The position numbers and the translations under genes were made by a program. The notes beneath the pieces are model-generated. The model was not told the origin of the DNA and ran no database searches. It saw only the letters and a list, made by a program, of their open reading frames with translations. A stretch of 58,711 bases of DNA. Source: a virus (Duplodnaviria > Caudoviricetes). Shown here piece after piece: positions 1 to 9,537 of the stretch; the first letter of the stretch is position 1, and every line of letters starts with the position of its first letter. Where the stretch lies: positions 1 to 58,711 of IMG/VR virus record IMGVR_UViG_3300017784_002304; one strand, 5' to 3'.

Positions 1-264
1 CCAGTTTTCCTTTCCTGCACCTAGTAGAACAGCATCACTTCCTTCTAGACCAATTGCAAAATCACCCGCTTGTAGATGATCGACTACTATGGCACCTCCA
101 GCACACCCAAGATCAAGAACCTTTATAGGAGAACTATCGAAATGCTTTTTCACTGCATTGATATATTCAGCATTGCTGTTGTTGTCGTTAATTACTCCGA
201 ATGGATTGGTGTGATCCGAAGAATCCGTGGATAATGCAAATTCTGTGTCTACTTGTATGCTCAT
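1..264 (-). CDS. Class I SAM-dependent methyltransferase (partial, runs off the left edge; not in the ORF track)
   Basis: Manual translation from ATG at 264 (ATGA overlap with the upstream stop): MSIQVDTEFALSTDSSDHTNPFG...PIKVLDLGCAGGAIVVDHLQAGDFAIGLEGS... VLDLGCAGG is SAM-binding motif I. Confidence 0.8.
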   Translation of the reverse strand, partial: MSIQVDTEFALSTDSSDHTNPFGVINDNNSNAEYINAVKKHFDSSPIKVLDLGCAGGAIVVDHLQAGDFAIGLEGSDAVLLGAGKENW

Positions 265-1337
265 ATCAAGATATCCTTGTATAGTTCTAGTATACGATTC
301 TCCAAGACAGTATAGCAGTATTTATCTCTGTACGCTTGGAGAGTCAGAGACTGCTTGTCTTCAAAGTACGACTTTTCATTTTTCAGTTTGAGCATTTCAT
401 TAGCATACTCATCCACCGACCAACACATTTTTCCGCAACCTTCAATTTGCTCTGCGTGACCCATATTCTGTGCTGCATGAGTAATCACAGGTAGACCGCG
501 ATACATTGCTTCGATGATTGCAGCCGAACACACCTCTCCATCAGAACGAGCATGAGCATATACATCCAATGCGCCCAAGAAGTCGTGGATGTCCTCTACA
601 TTTGCAACAAAATCCACGAACAACACATTTTTTAGTTGTAGTTCGGCTGCGAGTTGACGGTGCTTTAGCGATCCACCCAGTATCAGAAAATATGTGTTGC
701 TGTCCTGAACCTGCGAATATGCGGCAAGAGAAACAGGAGAAAAAATACCGTCATCATTTCTCTGATGGAATCCATAAACAAATGCGTCTTGCGGTATCCC
801 CAATCGTTCACGAAGAGTTGATGGTTTCTTTTCGGGAACATAAACCACAGTCGGGATAATGAAAATCTTCTTTGCATCTCCTCCGCTTTTGATCCAATGA
901 TCTGCCTGCCATTTGCAGAGAAGAATAGATTTTTCAGAAGGCGTGTCATCACTCAAATCACCGTGAATACTGTCAATTATTTTTGTTCCACGGATATCTG
1001 TATACGGAAACTCCCGAAATCCGTATCTTGCTGTTTGAATCACATCGTATTGAGATGGATTAAACACATCCCAAATATTTGTGTCTATCCATGTTTTGTT
1101 TGTTTCATTGTATGCTCCAACATGGATGGGGATTGTCTTTATCCCATGAGATTCCACAAATAGTCTGCGCTCTTCGGAGTGGTCAGGATGCTTCCAAGAT
1201 GTTCCTATACGGGGGGCATTGTTCGTATAGTAGTAATCGACCTGATGCTCTCGGTTCAAAATACAGGCAAGAGTTTGCAGATACTTTTCAGTTCCGCCTG
1301 CTGCCAATCCTGCAAATTTAATGCACGCTATCTTCAC
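261..1337 (-). CDS. Glycosyltransferase, GT-B fold, GT4-like
   Basis: N-terminal GGTEKY; LRERLGIP; C-terminal DVYAHARSDGEVCSAAIIEAMYRGLPVI matches the GT4 E-x7-E signature. Confidence 0.85.
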   Translation of the reverse strand: MKIACIKFAGLAAGGTEKYLQTLACILNREHQVDYYYTNNAPRIGTSWKHPDHSEERRLFVESHGIKTIPIHVGAYNETNKTWIDTNIWDVFNPSQYDVIQTARYGFREFPYTDIRGTKIIDSIHGDLSDDTPSEKSILLCKWQADHWIKSGGDAKKIFIIPTVVYVPEKKPSTLRERLGIPQDAFVYGFHQRNDDGIFSPVSLAAYSQVQDSNTYFLILGGSLKHRQLAAELQLKNVLFVDFVANVEDIHDFLGALDVYAHARSDGEVCSAAIIEAMYRGLPVITHAAQNMGHAEQIEGCGKMCWSVDEYANEMLKLKNEKSYFEDKQSLTLQAYRDKYCYTVLENRILELYKDILI

Positions 1338-2674
1338 GCTTTCCTGCTTTCAAAAAACTTGTCTAGGATTGTTTCAATGTAGTCTATATGTTCGTCAAGA
1401 ATCACTGGACTAGTTCCCAAGAAAAATGTGTTGGTAGTTGCTTTGGTTGCATTCGGATACATCTTCAAAGGATCTCCGTTGCACAGATGTACATATCCGG
1501 GCTGTAACAGGATATTGCCACCAAAATAGTTTCGGGTCTGTATCTTATGTTCTTCAAAGAACATGGTGAGTTCTGTGCGCTTGAATCCCGCATTGTCTTT
1601 GACTGTAACGGGGAAGGCAAACCAAGCAGGATCAGCACCCTCTGTGGCAACTGGCAGCATGAACTTATCACTGTACTTTGAAAACACCGAATACAACCGT
1701 CTGTAGTTGTGCTTTCGTTTTTCGATAATGGTGTCCAGTTTGTCCAACTGCACAAGACCCATTGCTGCCTGTAGGTCTAGCGGCTTCAAGTTGTAGCCAA
1801 TTTCCTCGTACACATACTTGTGGTCAAACACTTCATCGGGCAGAGCAGGCAACCAATTGCTGAACCGCTTCTTGCACATACCGTTCTTTAGGCAAGCAGC
1901 AGCCTTGCCGCTGCAATAGCAACCCCGTCCCCACTCCCGTAGACTCTTCACCACCATTTCCTGTTCCTTGGTGTTCGTGGCAACAAATCCACCTTCTCCG
2001 AGAGTTATGTGGTGTGCAGGATAGAACGAGCAACTTGCCATCTCTCCAAATGAACCAAGAGGCTTTCCCTTGTAAGTACTGCCAAGAGCATCACAGCAGT
2101 CTTCCAACAGGATGAGATTGTACCGCTTTACGATGTCCATCACCGCATCCATGTTTGGGGGATTGCTCAACACATGAGCAAAGATGAGTGCCGATGCACC
2201 GCTCTTTGCTGCTGCTTCCAGTTGTTCAATATCCAAGTTCAGGGTATCCATCTCAATGTCGATGAACACGGGAATGTACCCGTTCTGAATGATGGGGTTA
2301 ATTGTGGTGGGGAATCCGGCAACCGGAGTAATGATCTTGGATCCCTTGGGCAGCGCATGGAGTTTGCGAGAACCAAGAGCAGACACCATGAGCAGATTTG
2401 CACTGGAGCCGCTGTTGGTTAGGCATCCGTGTTCTTTGCCTAGACGAGCGGGAAACTTGTATTCAAATCGAATGCCGTTCTCTCCAAGGGCAAACCATCC
2501 TTCCATCAAGCAACGAACCACAGCGATGTACTCGTTTTCATCCAAGTACGATCCTGCATATTGAACCCAATCCTCACCAGGAATCCAAGTCTTCTTCTTG
2601 GATTGAACCATTTCGGTGATGAGTTGTTCAAGCAAGGCTTGTTTATCTGCGGTCTGTATTTTCAGTTCCACCAC
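1334..2674 (-). CDS. rfbH: RfbH/DdhC (E1)-like NDP-4-keto-6-deoxyglucose 3-dehydrase (DegT/DnrJ/EryC1/StrS fold)
   Basis: NSGSSANLL, GFPTTINPI, EDCCDALG, SFYPAHHITLGEGG (His in place of the aminotransferase Lys), WGRGCYC, DHKYVYEEIGYNLKP, TRNYFGGN. Confidence 0.88.
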   Translation of the reverse strand: MVELKIQTADKQALLEQLITEMVQSKKKTWIPGEDWVQYAGSYLDENEYIAVVRCLMEGWFALGENGIRFEYKFPARLGKEHGCLTNSGSSANLLMVSALGSRKLHALPKGSKIITPVAGFPTTINPIIQNGYIPVFIDIEMDTLNLDIEQLEAAAKSGASALIFAHVLSNPPNMDAVMDIVKRYNLILLEDCCDALGSTYKGKPLGSFGEMASCSFYPAHHITLGEGGFVATNTKEQEMVVKSLREWGRGCYCSGKAAACLKNGMCKKRFSNWLPALPDEVFDHKYVYEEIGYNLKPLDLQAAMGLVQLDKLDTIIEKRKHNYRRLYSVFSKYSDKFMLPVATEGADPAWFAFPVTVKDNAGFKRTELTMFFEEHKIQTRNYFGGNILLQPGYVHLCNGDPLKMYPNATKATTNTFFLGTSPVILDEHIDYIETILDKFFESRKA

Positions 2675-3555
2675 TTAAATAATCCCTTCGTGTTCTTCGG
2701 ATTCCATCCTAGCGCGTTGATCTTATCAGTATTGAGCGAGTAGCGCAAGTCCTGTCCCCATCGGTTTTCAACGAACTGAATATTTTCATCGCTTTTTCCA
2801 AAAGACGAAAGCAGATCACGAACCACTTCCAAATTGGTCATGTGATTATTTGCTCCGATGTTGTATACATCATTCCGTACCCCGCGTTGAATCAGGGAAT
2901 ATATGGCATCCACATTGTCCTTCACATATATCCAATCCCTGACATACGACCCATCTCCATGCAGAGGGATCTTCTTGCCGGTTTCAATGCATTTTATGCT
3001 CTTGGGGATGAGTTTTTCGTAGTACTGTCTTGGACCGTAATTATTTGAACTGCGTGTAATCAAATAATTTAATCCGTATGTACGGTGATACGCAAGCACG
3101 AACATCTCGGCTGCTGCCTTGGATGCAGAATACGGATTGCTTGGCGTGAGTTTATCGGTTTCGTAAAACGAACCATCAGGTCGGTCACCGTAAACCTCGT
3201 CTGTGCTGATTTGCACAAATAGAGGACGCTCATGCGTTTGTTTTCCCCGAATAATTTCCAACAGATTGTGTACGCCAATCACATTGCTTTTTAAGAATGG
3301 ATTGGTATCGTTGATTGAATTATCAACATGAGTTTCTGCTGCAAAATTTACAACAACATCACAAGAAGGCAAATGTGAAACATCACAAATGTTTTGCTTG
3401 ATGTGTTTATAGTTTGGATGCGAGTCGAACGGCAGTGAATCGTAAGAACAGTAACTCATGCAGTCAAAATCAATGACTGTATTTCCTTCGTCTAGAGCCT
3501 TCTCAACGAAATGACTACCAATGAATCCACGCCCTCCTGTCACAATCAGTTCCAT
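2662..3555 (-). CDS. rmlB: dTDP-glucose 4,6-dehydratase-like (RmlB/RfbB)
   Basis: VTGGRGFIGS, FAAETHVDNSI, ISTDEVYGD, PSNPYSASKA, SNNYGPRQ, EKLIP, RDWIYV. Confidence 0.9.
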   Translation of the reverse strand: MELIVTGGRGFIGSHFVEKALDEGNTVIDFDCMSYCSYDSLPFDSHPNYKHIKQNICDVSHLPSCDVVVNFAAETHVDNSINDTNPFLKSNVIGVHNLLEIIRGKQTHERPLFVQISTDEVYGDRPDGSFYETDKLTPSNPYSASKAAAEMFVLAYHRTYGLNYLITRSSNNYGPRQYYEKLIPKSIKCIETGKKIPLHGDGSYVRDWIYVKDNVDAIYSLIQRGVRNDVYNIGANNHMTNLEVVRDLLSSFGKSDENIQFVENRWGQDLRYSLNTDKINALGWNPKNTKGLFKWWN

Positions 3556-3568
3556 GATGATCCTTTCA

Positions 3569-4402
3569 TTACAATTCCAATATTCGATCTACTGCCTCAA
3601 AGGTATTTATGGACGGCTTGTAACCATAAGACAGTAGTTTGTCATTATTCAAACACACATCTTGCACTTGAACCACTTTATGAAAATGAGGAGCCTCAAT
3701 AGAAATCAGTTCGGAAGAAGATCCCAACTTCTCTTTGCTGTATCTGATGATGGAACCAATAGAATGTGGATCCCGATTGCTGATGTTTATGATTTCGTTT
3801 GTTGGACTATTGTCTATGCAACACTTTAGTGCCCTGCAAGTGTCTTCCACATACATAAAATCTCTGATGTTTGATCCGTTGTTGTAAAGATTAACTGTCT
3901 CATTTTTCTTGAGCAGTCCGATCATATGTTGAACAGCATTCTTCTTTGGAGATGCTTTCATATCACCTTCACCAATGATATTGGTTAGTCTTAAAATGCG
4001 ATATTTTAATCCAAAGGTATTACAATAACATATGAGCATTTGTTCGGCTGCTCGTTTAGTAATGGAGTAGAATCCCGTTGGATCGCATGGAACTGATTCA
4101 TTCGTATCCATAGTGCAGTTCATTCCATATACAAACCACGAACTCACAAAATTGAAAACCATGTCGTTGTTCTTGGCACGACAGGCTTCTAGAACATCAA
4201 TCAATTTATTAAGATTGGTGTTGATGTCTTTGTGTGGCTCTGTGAAAATATTGTAGTTGTGTACGGTGCTTACGAAATACAAGATGTTATCTGATTCAGG
4301 TTCATTTTGTTCCTTGGGGATTCGATGAGAATCAGGATACATGGAACAAAAACGAGATCCGACAAACCCACTAGATCCATATACAGAGATGCCTGCGTTC
4401 AT
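3569..4402 (-). CDS. NAD(P)-dependent sugar epimerase/4-ketoreductase (extended SDR)
   Basis: GSSGFVGS Rossmann motif, FVSSWFVYG, YSITK (YxxxK), RDFMYVED. Start taken at ATG 4402, just after the upstream stop. Confidence 0.8.
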   Translation of the reverse strand: MNAGISVYGSSGFVGSRFCSMYPDSHRIPKEQNEPESDNILYFVSTVHNYNIFTEPHKDINTNLNKLIDVLEACRAKNNDMVFNFVSSWFVYGMNCTMDTNESVPCDPTGFYSITKRAAEQMLICYCNTFGLKYRILRLTNIIGEGDMKASPKKNAVQHMIGLLKKNETVNLYNNGSNIRDFMYVEDTCRALKCCIDNSPTNEIINISNRDPHSIGSIIRYSKEKLGSSSELISIEAPHFHKVVQVQDVCLNNDKLLSYGYKPSINTFEAVDRILEL

Positions 4403-4403
4403 T

Positions 4404-5102
4404 TTAGTTTCCGTATTCGTCTTCAATTGGGAGTTTTCCCATCCATTCCGAACGGGAGTCGTACTGTCGATTTATTTGATCCAAATTGCCAGTTAATATG
4501 TGATTGCAGGTTTCCACAAACATATCCACATTCTTTGCAAACCTGGTTTGATATAGATGGTACATCTTGTTGTCGTAAATAGTACCAATACCATAGTATC
4601 CGTATCCGCCTAGTCTCCAAATACCACCTCTCGGGATGCCTTGGAAAGAAGTAGGAAAATACATTTTGATTCTCTTTTCGTGTTCTACTGCTGCGCGAGT
4701 CAACTCCTGTGCAACATCAGATCGGTGATTGTTTACAGTATTGGGTTTACCAATTGCTGCGTAATACTGCTTGCTGATTACAACAAAAGAAGGGGCACAG
4801 AACAGATCGTGTTTTGCCTTGATACAGTTTGTGACTTGTGCATTTCCAACTAGATATCCATTCGCACAATGTTGCACTGCTTCATCCACCGCTTCTCTGC
4901 TCAAAGGAACACAATCGCTGTCCATGAACACAAAAATATCAGAGTCAAAGGTATTCAAAACACGATTCATCCACTCTCCGTGATGAATATTTTCTTCGGT
5001 GTAGTTAACGAAGATGCCAAAATGGTCAAGAACCTTTTTATGATTCTCCAATATTAGTGGATTATTGTCTGTCCACTTCAGAGTATGTACTGTTACTTTC
5101 AT
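4404..5102 (-). CDS. Putative glycosyltransferase (GT-A fold, DxD)
   Basis: IFVFMDSDCVP DxD motif after a hydrophobic strand; located in the glycan island. Start at ATG 5102 (MKVTVH). Confidence 0.55.
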   Translation of the reverse strand: MKVTVHTLKWTDNNPLILENHKKVLDHFGIFVNYTEENIHHGEWMNRVLNTFDSDIFVFMDSDCVPLSREAVDEAVQHCANGYLVGNAQVTNCIKAKHDLFCAPSFVVISKQYYAAIGKPNTVNNHRSDVAQELTRAAVEHEKRIKMYFPTSFQGIPRGGIWRLGGYGYYGIGTIYDNKMYHLYQTRFAKNVDMFVETCNHILTGNLDQINRQYDSRSEWMGKLPIEDEYGN

Positions 5103-5104
5103 GG

Positions 5105-5794
5105 TTATCTCAATGTGCTTTTGAACATTCCGTACTCCGAACCTTGTCGTACTAGACTTGGTTCCCACCAATACACTTTATGCTTGTGCAGATAGTGCTG
5201 ATATCCAAGTTCCCAATCAGAAATCATATGGAATGGAAACCATGTCTTTGCTATATCGCATACAGCCGACTTCTTTAGTACTATGGAATCAGCGCACCTA
5301 GACGCAGGATGATCCATCAGATATGCTACTTGTTCGGACACTACACGAGCAGGCTTTAATTTAGCACCACTTCCGAAGTATATTGCATCCCAATCGTTTG
5401 GAGTGCGTGATAGGAAATCGTGGAAGTGAACATCAAAATCTTGGCAAAGGAAAACATCGTCTTCAAAAATTATGAAGTACTCGGCATCCACTTGTGATAG
5501 GGCTTGGAACACCTTGCCAAACTTAATCGTCAGAGACACTTCTGCAATATTTAATTCCTTTTGTGTTTCAATACCAATGTTCCACGGGGCAATCTTCTTT
5601 GCAACAGTATCCCAATCAGTGTGCTTGCGAACACAATATTGGTCTATGATGTCCTGCGTCAACTCGTTTCCGTCAAAATCTTCGTAGAATGAATAGTCGG
5701 AAAAGCCAAATTGCTGCAACTGACGAATCATGTTTTCTTTTCGTTCCTTGAGAGGCTTGTAATGTAGAACCACAGTCTTTATATCAACTGACAT
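5105..5794 (-). CDS. Glycosyltransferase family 25-like
   Basis: ERKENM near the N-terminus, FDG, IIFEDDV, DWDAIYFG, as in GT25 / LPS-biosynthesis GTs. Confidence 0.7.
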   Translation of the reverse strand: MSVDIKTVVLHYKPLKERKENMIRQLQQFGFSDYSFYEDFDGNELTQDIIDQYCVRKHTDWDTVAKKIAPWNIGIETQKELNIAEVSLTIKFGKVFQALSQVDAEYFIIFEDDVFLCQDFDVHFHDFLSRTPNDWDAIYFGSGAKLKPARVVSEQVAYLMDHPASRCADSIVLKKSAVCDIAKTWFPFHMISDWELGYQHYLHKHKVYWWEPSLVRQGSEYGMFKSTLR

Positions 5795-6659
5795 CTTTTA
5801 CTCTCCTAAATTCTTCCATCCACCAAGAAACCTTGAGCATGTCCCAATTCCATGTTTTTGTCTTGTATGACTGATAGGTGCTGTTTAGAAGTTCTTCCGT
5901 TACTTCGTAGTACGAATCAACAAACAACACAGGCAGATTTCCTTCTATGCCCGCATGAACGGGACTGCGCTGAACCACAGGAATCACCCCACAGTACAGT
6001 GCTTCCCACATCCGGTGAGTGTCCACACCATTTCCCCGTGGGCAGAGAATGAACTTGTGATCCAACAAATCGGTTTTGTAACTACCAACCTGTCCCTTGT
6101 CTGCTGCATCACGAACTGTTGCCCACGGCTTGTCTGCAAACATGGGATATAGTGCCTTACGAACCGTTGGGAATGTATCAACACGATGGTTTACATAAAG
6201 CATCCGATTTCCCGCTGTCTGCTCAAATCCTGATTTCATGGTCAGTGTGCAGTAATCATCAGCAATACCAAGAGGAACACCTCCTGCTCTAGAGCATTCG
6301 TTATTCACGCCCCACCATTTCACAGAAATTTTTGAGGTAACAAAAACGTATGCTTGATCGGTGATAGGATAATCGCTCTGTCCTGTCAGTAAAATAAATG
6401 GAGTCTTGCAATTTCTGAATTCCAAGTACTGTATCAAATACTGCAAGTAGTCAAATTTACAAAACACAACGGAATCAGGTTTCAACAAATCCGTATCAAA
6501 TTGATTGATCCAATCTGATAGCACATCACTACGCTTCAGAACTTGTTGTGCCGTGGGCGGCAATACACCAGTTCCTTGTAGCACAGTTCTACCAAACCAA
6601 AAGTCTGCCCTTGGTATGAAGTTTTGTGCCCGTAGTATTTCTTCGGAAGGTATGGTCAT
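5784..6659 (-). CDS. Exostosin-like (GT47-related) glycosyltransferase
   Basis: KFILCPRGNGVDTHRMWEALYCGVIPVV resembles the exostosin C-terminal signature. Confidence 0.7.
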   Translation of the reverse strand: MTIPSEEILRAQNFIPRADFWFGRTVLQGTGVLPPTAQQVLKRSDVLSDWINQFDTDLLKPDSVVFCKFDYLQYLIQYLEFRNCKTPFILLTGQSDYPITDQAYVFVTSKISVKWWGVNNECSRAGGVPLGIADDYCTLTMKSGFEQTAGNRMLYVNHRVDTFPTVRKALYPMFADKPWATVRDAADKGQVGSYKTDLLDHKFILCPRGNGVDTHRMWEALYCGVIPVVQRSPVHAGIEGNLPVLFVDSYYEVTEELLNSTYQSYKTKTWNWDMLKVSWWMEEFRRVKDVS

Positions 6660-7492
6660 GGAACAAGGTGCATCAAGAAATCAATATGCTTCTGTGCGTC
6701 ACCGTAATACGGGCGCAGCAGATGAGAATCCACGTAGTGAGTGCCTTCAAATACTAGTTGCGGATAGTATTCCCAATGAGAACGATCAATTCGCTGATTG
6801 CGTTCAATCTTACAATCGGTTACAACCTTGCCTCCATTAGCAGCATACCGACGCAGAAGATCGGTGGAATAGAATTCGTCTTGACCCCACTTTCCGCCTC
6901 TCTCGTTGCTAGCGTGTTGCAAGTGTTGTGCTACATCGCGGATAGGAGCGTATCCACATCCTGCTGCTCCCTTGTTCTTATTGGAGTAATCTACCCTCTC
7001 AAACTTACGCATCTCGTCAGCAAAATCGTCTTCGAATCCGTATACATCATTGAACACATTTCCGGTGGCAAGATGGTAGTACGCTGAAATGATATTGAAT
7101 TCGCTTTTCCAAGTGTCTGTATTGTTTCCGTAATACCATCCCGAATTCAAATGCACATACGAATCTGTTTTGTATCGATCAACATCTGCTCCGAAGAACT
7201 GCTTTGATAGCGGGATCATGTCAATGTCTCCAGTCAAACACACCTTGTCTGGATACTGCTTGGTGATCCAAAACCGACCCCATGTAGCAGAATGGTAATC
7301 TGCCACACCGTCCACACTCGGAACACGATGAACCGTGCCGTATTCTTCAGACAGTTCAATATTTTCATTTCCGCAATACAGAAGAACCGGATGAATTCCA
7401 AACTTGGTCTTCCAAAACTTTGAAATAGGCTTCCAAAAATCAGAATAGATGCGTGTGTTGTCAAACGAGAATGTCACTATATCAATCTTCAT
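6656..7492 (-). CDS. Hypothetical protein, possible GT-A glycosyltransferase
   Basis: CLTGDIDMIP (DxD), WGQDE, RIDR, DSHLLRPY; island context. Confidence 0.5.
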   Translation of the reverse strand: MKIDIVTFSFDNTRIYSDFWKPISKFWKTKFGIHPVLLYCGNENIELSEEYGTVHRVPSVDGVADYHSATWGRFWITKQYPDKVCLTGDIDMIPLSKQFFGADVDRYKTDSYVHLNSGWYYGNNTDTWKSEFNIISAYYHLATGNVFNDVYGFEDDFADEMRKFERVDYSNKNKGAAGCGYAPIRDVAQHLQHASNERGGKWGQDEFYSTDLLRRYAANGGKVVTDCKIERNQRIDRSHWEYYPQLVFEGTHYVDSHLLRPYYGDAQKHIDFLMHLVP

Positions 7493-8199
7493 CGTGAATC
7501 CCTAGTGTGGTTAATGAACACATCCGCTTCGATGGTTTCCTTGTGATGCAGTCCCCATTGTGTGGGATCAGGCAATATAGTGATCCCATGCTTCTTTGTC
7601 AATAGGCTCCATATAGATTGATCGTGTCGGTGATCAACAAATCCTGGTTCCTTCCACCCATCATCATTAGGACCATCCATAATCAATTTTGGATTACAGC
7701 ACAGGCTCAAATACTCGGATGCTATCTGCTTTGCTGCATCTGTTCCACGAAAGCACATGAAACTAGCCATGCGCTGTGGAGAGTCAGTGTGTTCGGAAAT
7801 GTTCATACCCATGAAATTGAGCACATCTCTTCGCGTGTAGTGTTTTTCAAGATGACTGCCTGCCAACCGAAATCCAATTACTCCTTTAGGATCAGCCATA
7901 ACAGCATTGAATAATGGTTCCACTCTGCGAACAAACACCGATCCAGAATCGGCATAGAACAGTATGTCATTCTCACCCATTCCTGCGAGGATTCGATTTA
8001 TGAAATAACTCTTCCACAACCAATAACCAACTCCTCGTTTCGATGACATAATCTGTAAATTAGATTGGATGAAGTCTTCTTCAATCTCACTCCTATTCAT
8101 CTGATACACCACATTGAATCCTGCTGCAAGACCTGTCTGACTGTTCTTGAATTGTGACTCCAAGAACTTGCCGTCTGCGTAGTTGAGAAGGATTTTCAC
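7489..8199 (-). CDS. Putative glycosyltransferase-like protein
   Basis: GYWLWKSYFI, ILFYADSG, HRHDQSIWSLL motifs of GT-A-like proteins; island context. Confidence 0.55.
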   Translation of the reverse strand: MKILLNYADGKFLESQFKNSQTGLAAGFNVVYQMNRSEIEEDFIQSNLQIMSSKRGVGYWLWKSYFINRILAGMGENDILFYADSGSVFVRRVEPLFNAVMADPKGVIGFRLAGSHLEKHYTRRDVLNFMGMNISEHTDSPQRMASFMCFRGTDAAKQIASEYLSLCCNPKLIMDGPNDDGWKEPGFVDHRHDQSIWSLLTKKHGITILPDPTQWGLHHKETIEADVFINHTRDSR

Positions 8200-8834
8200 T
8201 GCTGCTCCTGTGGAACAAGCGAAGCCGTGGTCTGTGAGTTATAGATGTATCCGTGTAGGGCATCAGGAATGTGATACTCACTCTGCACCTTTGGATACAG
8301 CCGCATGAGCCAGTCAATGTCTTCTGTGGACTGCCCGTTGGCTCCGTAGACAGGATTGAACGACTCGCTCTGCGCAATCTCACGCCGCCAAACACACATA
8401 TGGTACGGAGGACGCTTGATGTCTCCAAGCATTCCGTCTTCGTCACGCCACAGGTGACCGTGAGGATTGCCGATACCGAATTCCACATTCATGGGTTCGC
8501 CGTTGATCATGCACCACTGGTTGAACGAGATGCAGTCCACGTCGTATTCGTCAATTGTCTTGAGAATCGCGCTCATGTAGTCTTTGCTCACGGCATCATC
8601 GTCGTCCAAGAACGCGACGTACTTTCCCCGAGCAGCGCGAAGCAGATCGTTACGCTTCTCTGAAATGCTCTTGGAGCGGTTGTCCAAGAGTACAAGAATC
8701 TCCACAGCCTTACCTTGCCCCGTGGCATCGGCTTGCTGCTGTAGTTGCTGTACAGCAGCCTTCATGGAGTCGATACGTTCAGGGATGGACAGGATTAGAA
8801 CACTGAACTTGATATCACTTGCTGGCACTGGCAT
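8196..8834 (-). CDS. Glycosyltransferase family 2
   Basis: FSVLILSIPER, SEKRNDLLRAARGKYVAFLDDDD, TEDIDW. True start is likely ATG 8834 (MPVPASD); the ORF-track extension overlaps the next gene. Confidence 0.85.
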   Translation of the reverse strand: MPVPASDIKFSVLILSIPERIDSMKAAVQQLQQQADATGQGKAVEILVLLDNRSKSISEKRNDLLRAARGKYVAFLDDDDAVSKDYMSAILKTIDEYDVDCISFNQWCMINGEPMNVEFGIGNPHGHLWRDEDGMLGDIKRPPYHMCVWRREIAQSESFNPVYGANGQSTEDIDWLMRLYPKVQSEYHIPDALHGYIYNSQTTASLVPQEQQ

Positions 8835-9522
8835 TGAACATTTCCTCCATGTCGAAATTGCGCTCCTTACGACGAGCGTACACTTCACCGTCCACATCGT
8901 ACATTTCTTTGTTCTCGTTTCGTGCGTGCAGCGCATCAAACGGCTCCGGTGTCCACTGGTGCTGAATGATGCAGATGTCACAGCGGCGCAGTTTACCCAA
9001 CTGGTGGCAAACAACCGTCTGCTCGTTGTCGGAGTACAGGGACTTGTATTCTGGATTGTAGATGTACCCAAACTTGCGGTACAGGGGGAAGCCCATGACC
9101 GTGAGTGTCATCAGGGGGTCTTCCTTTGGTCGCAGTCCGTCCCAAAACTTGATTGCTCCGTCGAAGTCAGGGAACGAGTGTTCAAACGCAGAGAAGATGA
9201 AGTCATCGTACCCCATCTGCACAGGAACCATGTCGTCTGACGCAAGCAGCAGCACATCACCGTCTTCGCCGTCTAGGTCTGCGTTGCACGCCTGGATCTT
9301 GGTCTTGGAGTGTCCGTAGCACCACTTGATGTCTGCGTTCATGGCACGAGTGGTGAACCACTCTTCCATTTGCGGATTGTTCATGCTGGGATCGTCTACG
9401 TCCATACTGACAACGAAACGAACATCATGCCGACCACCTAGAAAGGTCAGGTAGCGGCTAAACACAGTCTTGAATTTTTCGGGACGGTTCCGCGTGGGGA
9501 ACTTCACAACCAATTTGCTCAT
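8815..9522 (-). CDS. Glycosyltransferase family 2-like
   Basis: VKFPTRNRP, KIQACN, LLLASDDMVP, YSDNE; AGGAG Shine-Dalgarno upstream. Confidence 0.75.
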   Translation of the reverse strand: MSKLVVKFPTRNRPEKFKTVFSRYLTFLGGRHDVRFVVSMDVDDPSMNNPQMEEWFTTRAMNADIKWCYGHSKTKIQACNADLDGEDGDVLLLASDDMVPVQMGYDDFIFSAFEHSFPDFDGAIKFWDGLRPKEDPLMTLTVMGFPLYRKFGYIYNPEYKSLYSDNEQTVVCHQLGKLRRCDICIIQHQWTPEPFDALHARNENKEMYDVDGEVYARRKERNFDMEEMFNASASK

Positions 9523-9537
9523 TACGAAATCTCCTGT

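Noticed and set aside
1-9522. Island as host chromosomal contamination or a classical gtrABC serotype-conversion cassette
   Set aside because: It is contiguous and co-oriented with regA, has phage-like overlaps, shows no att site or integrase, and lacks the membrane proteins such cassettes need.
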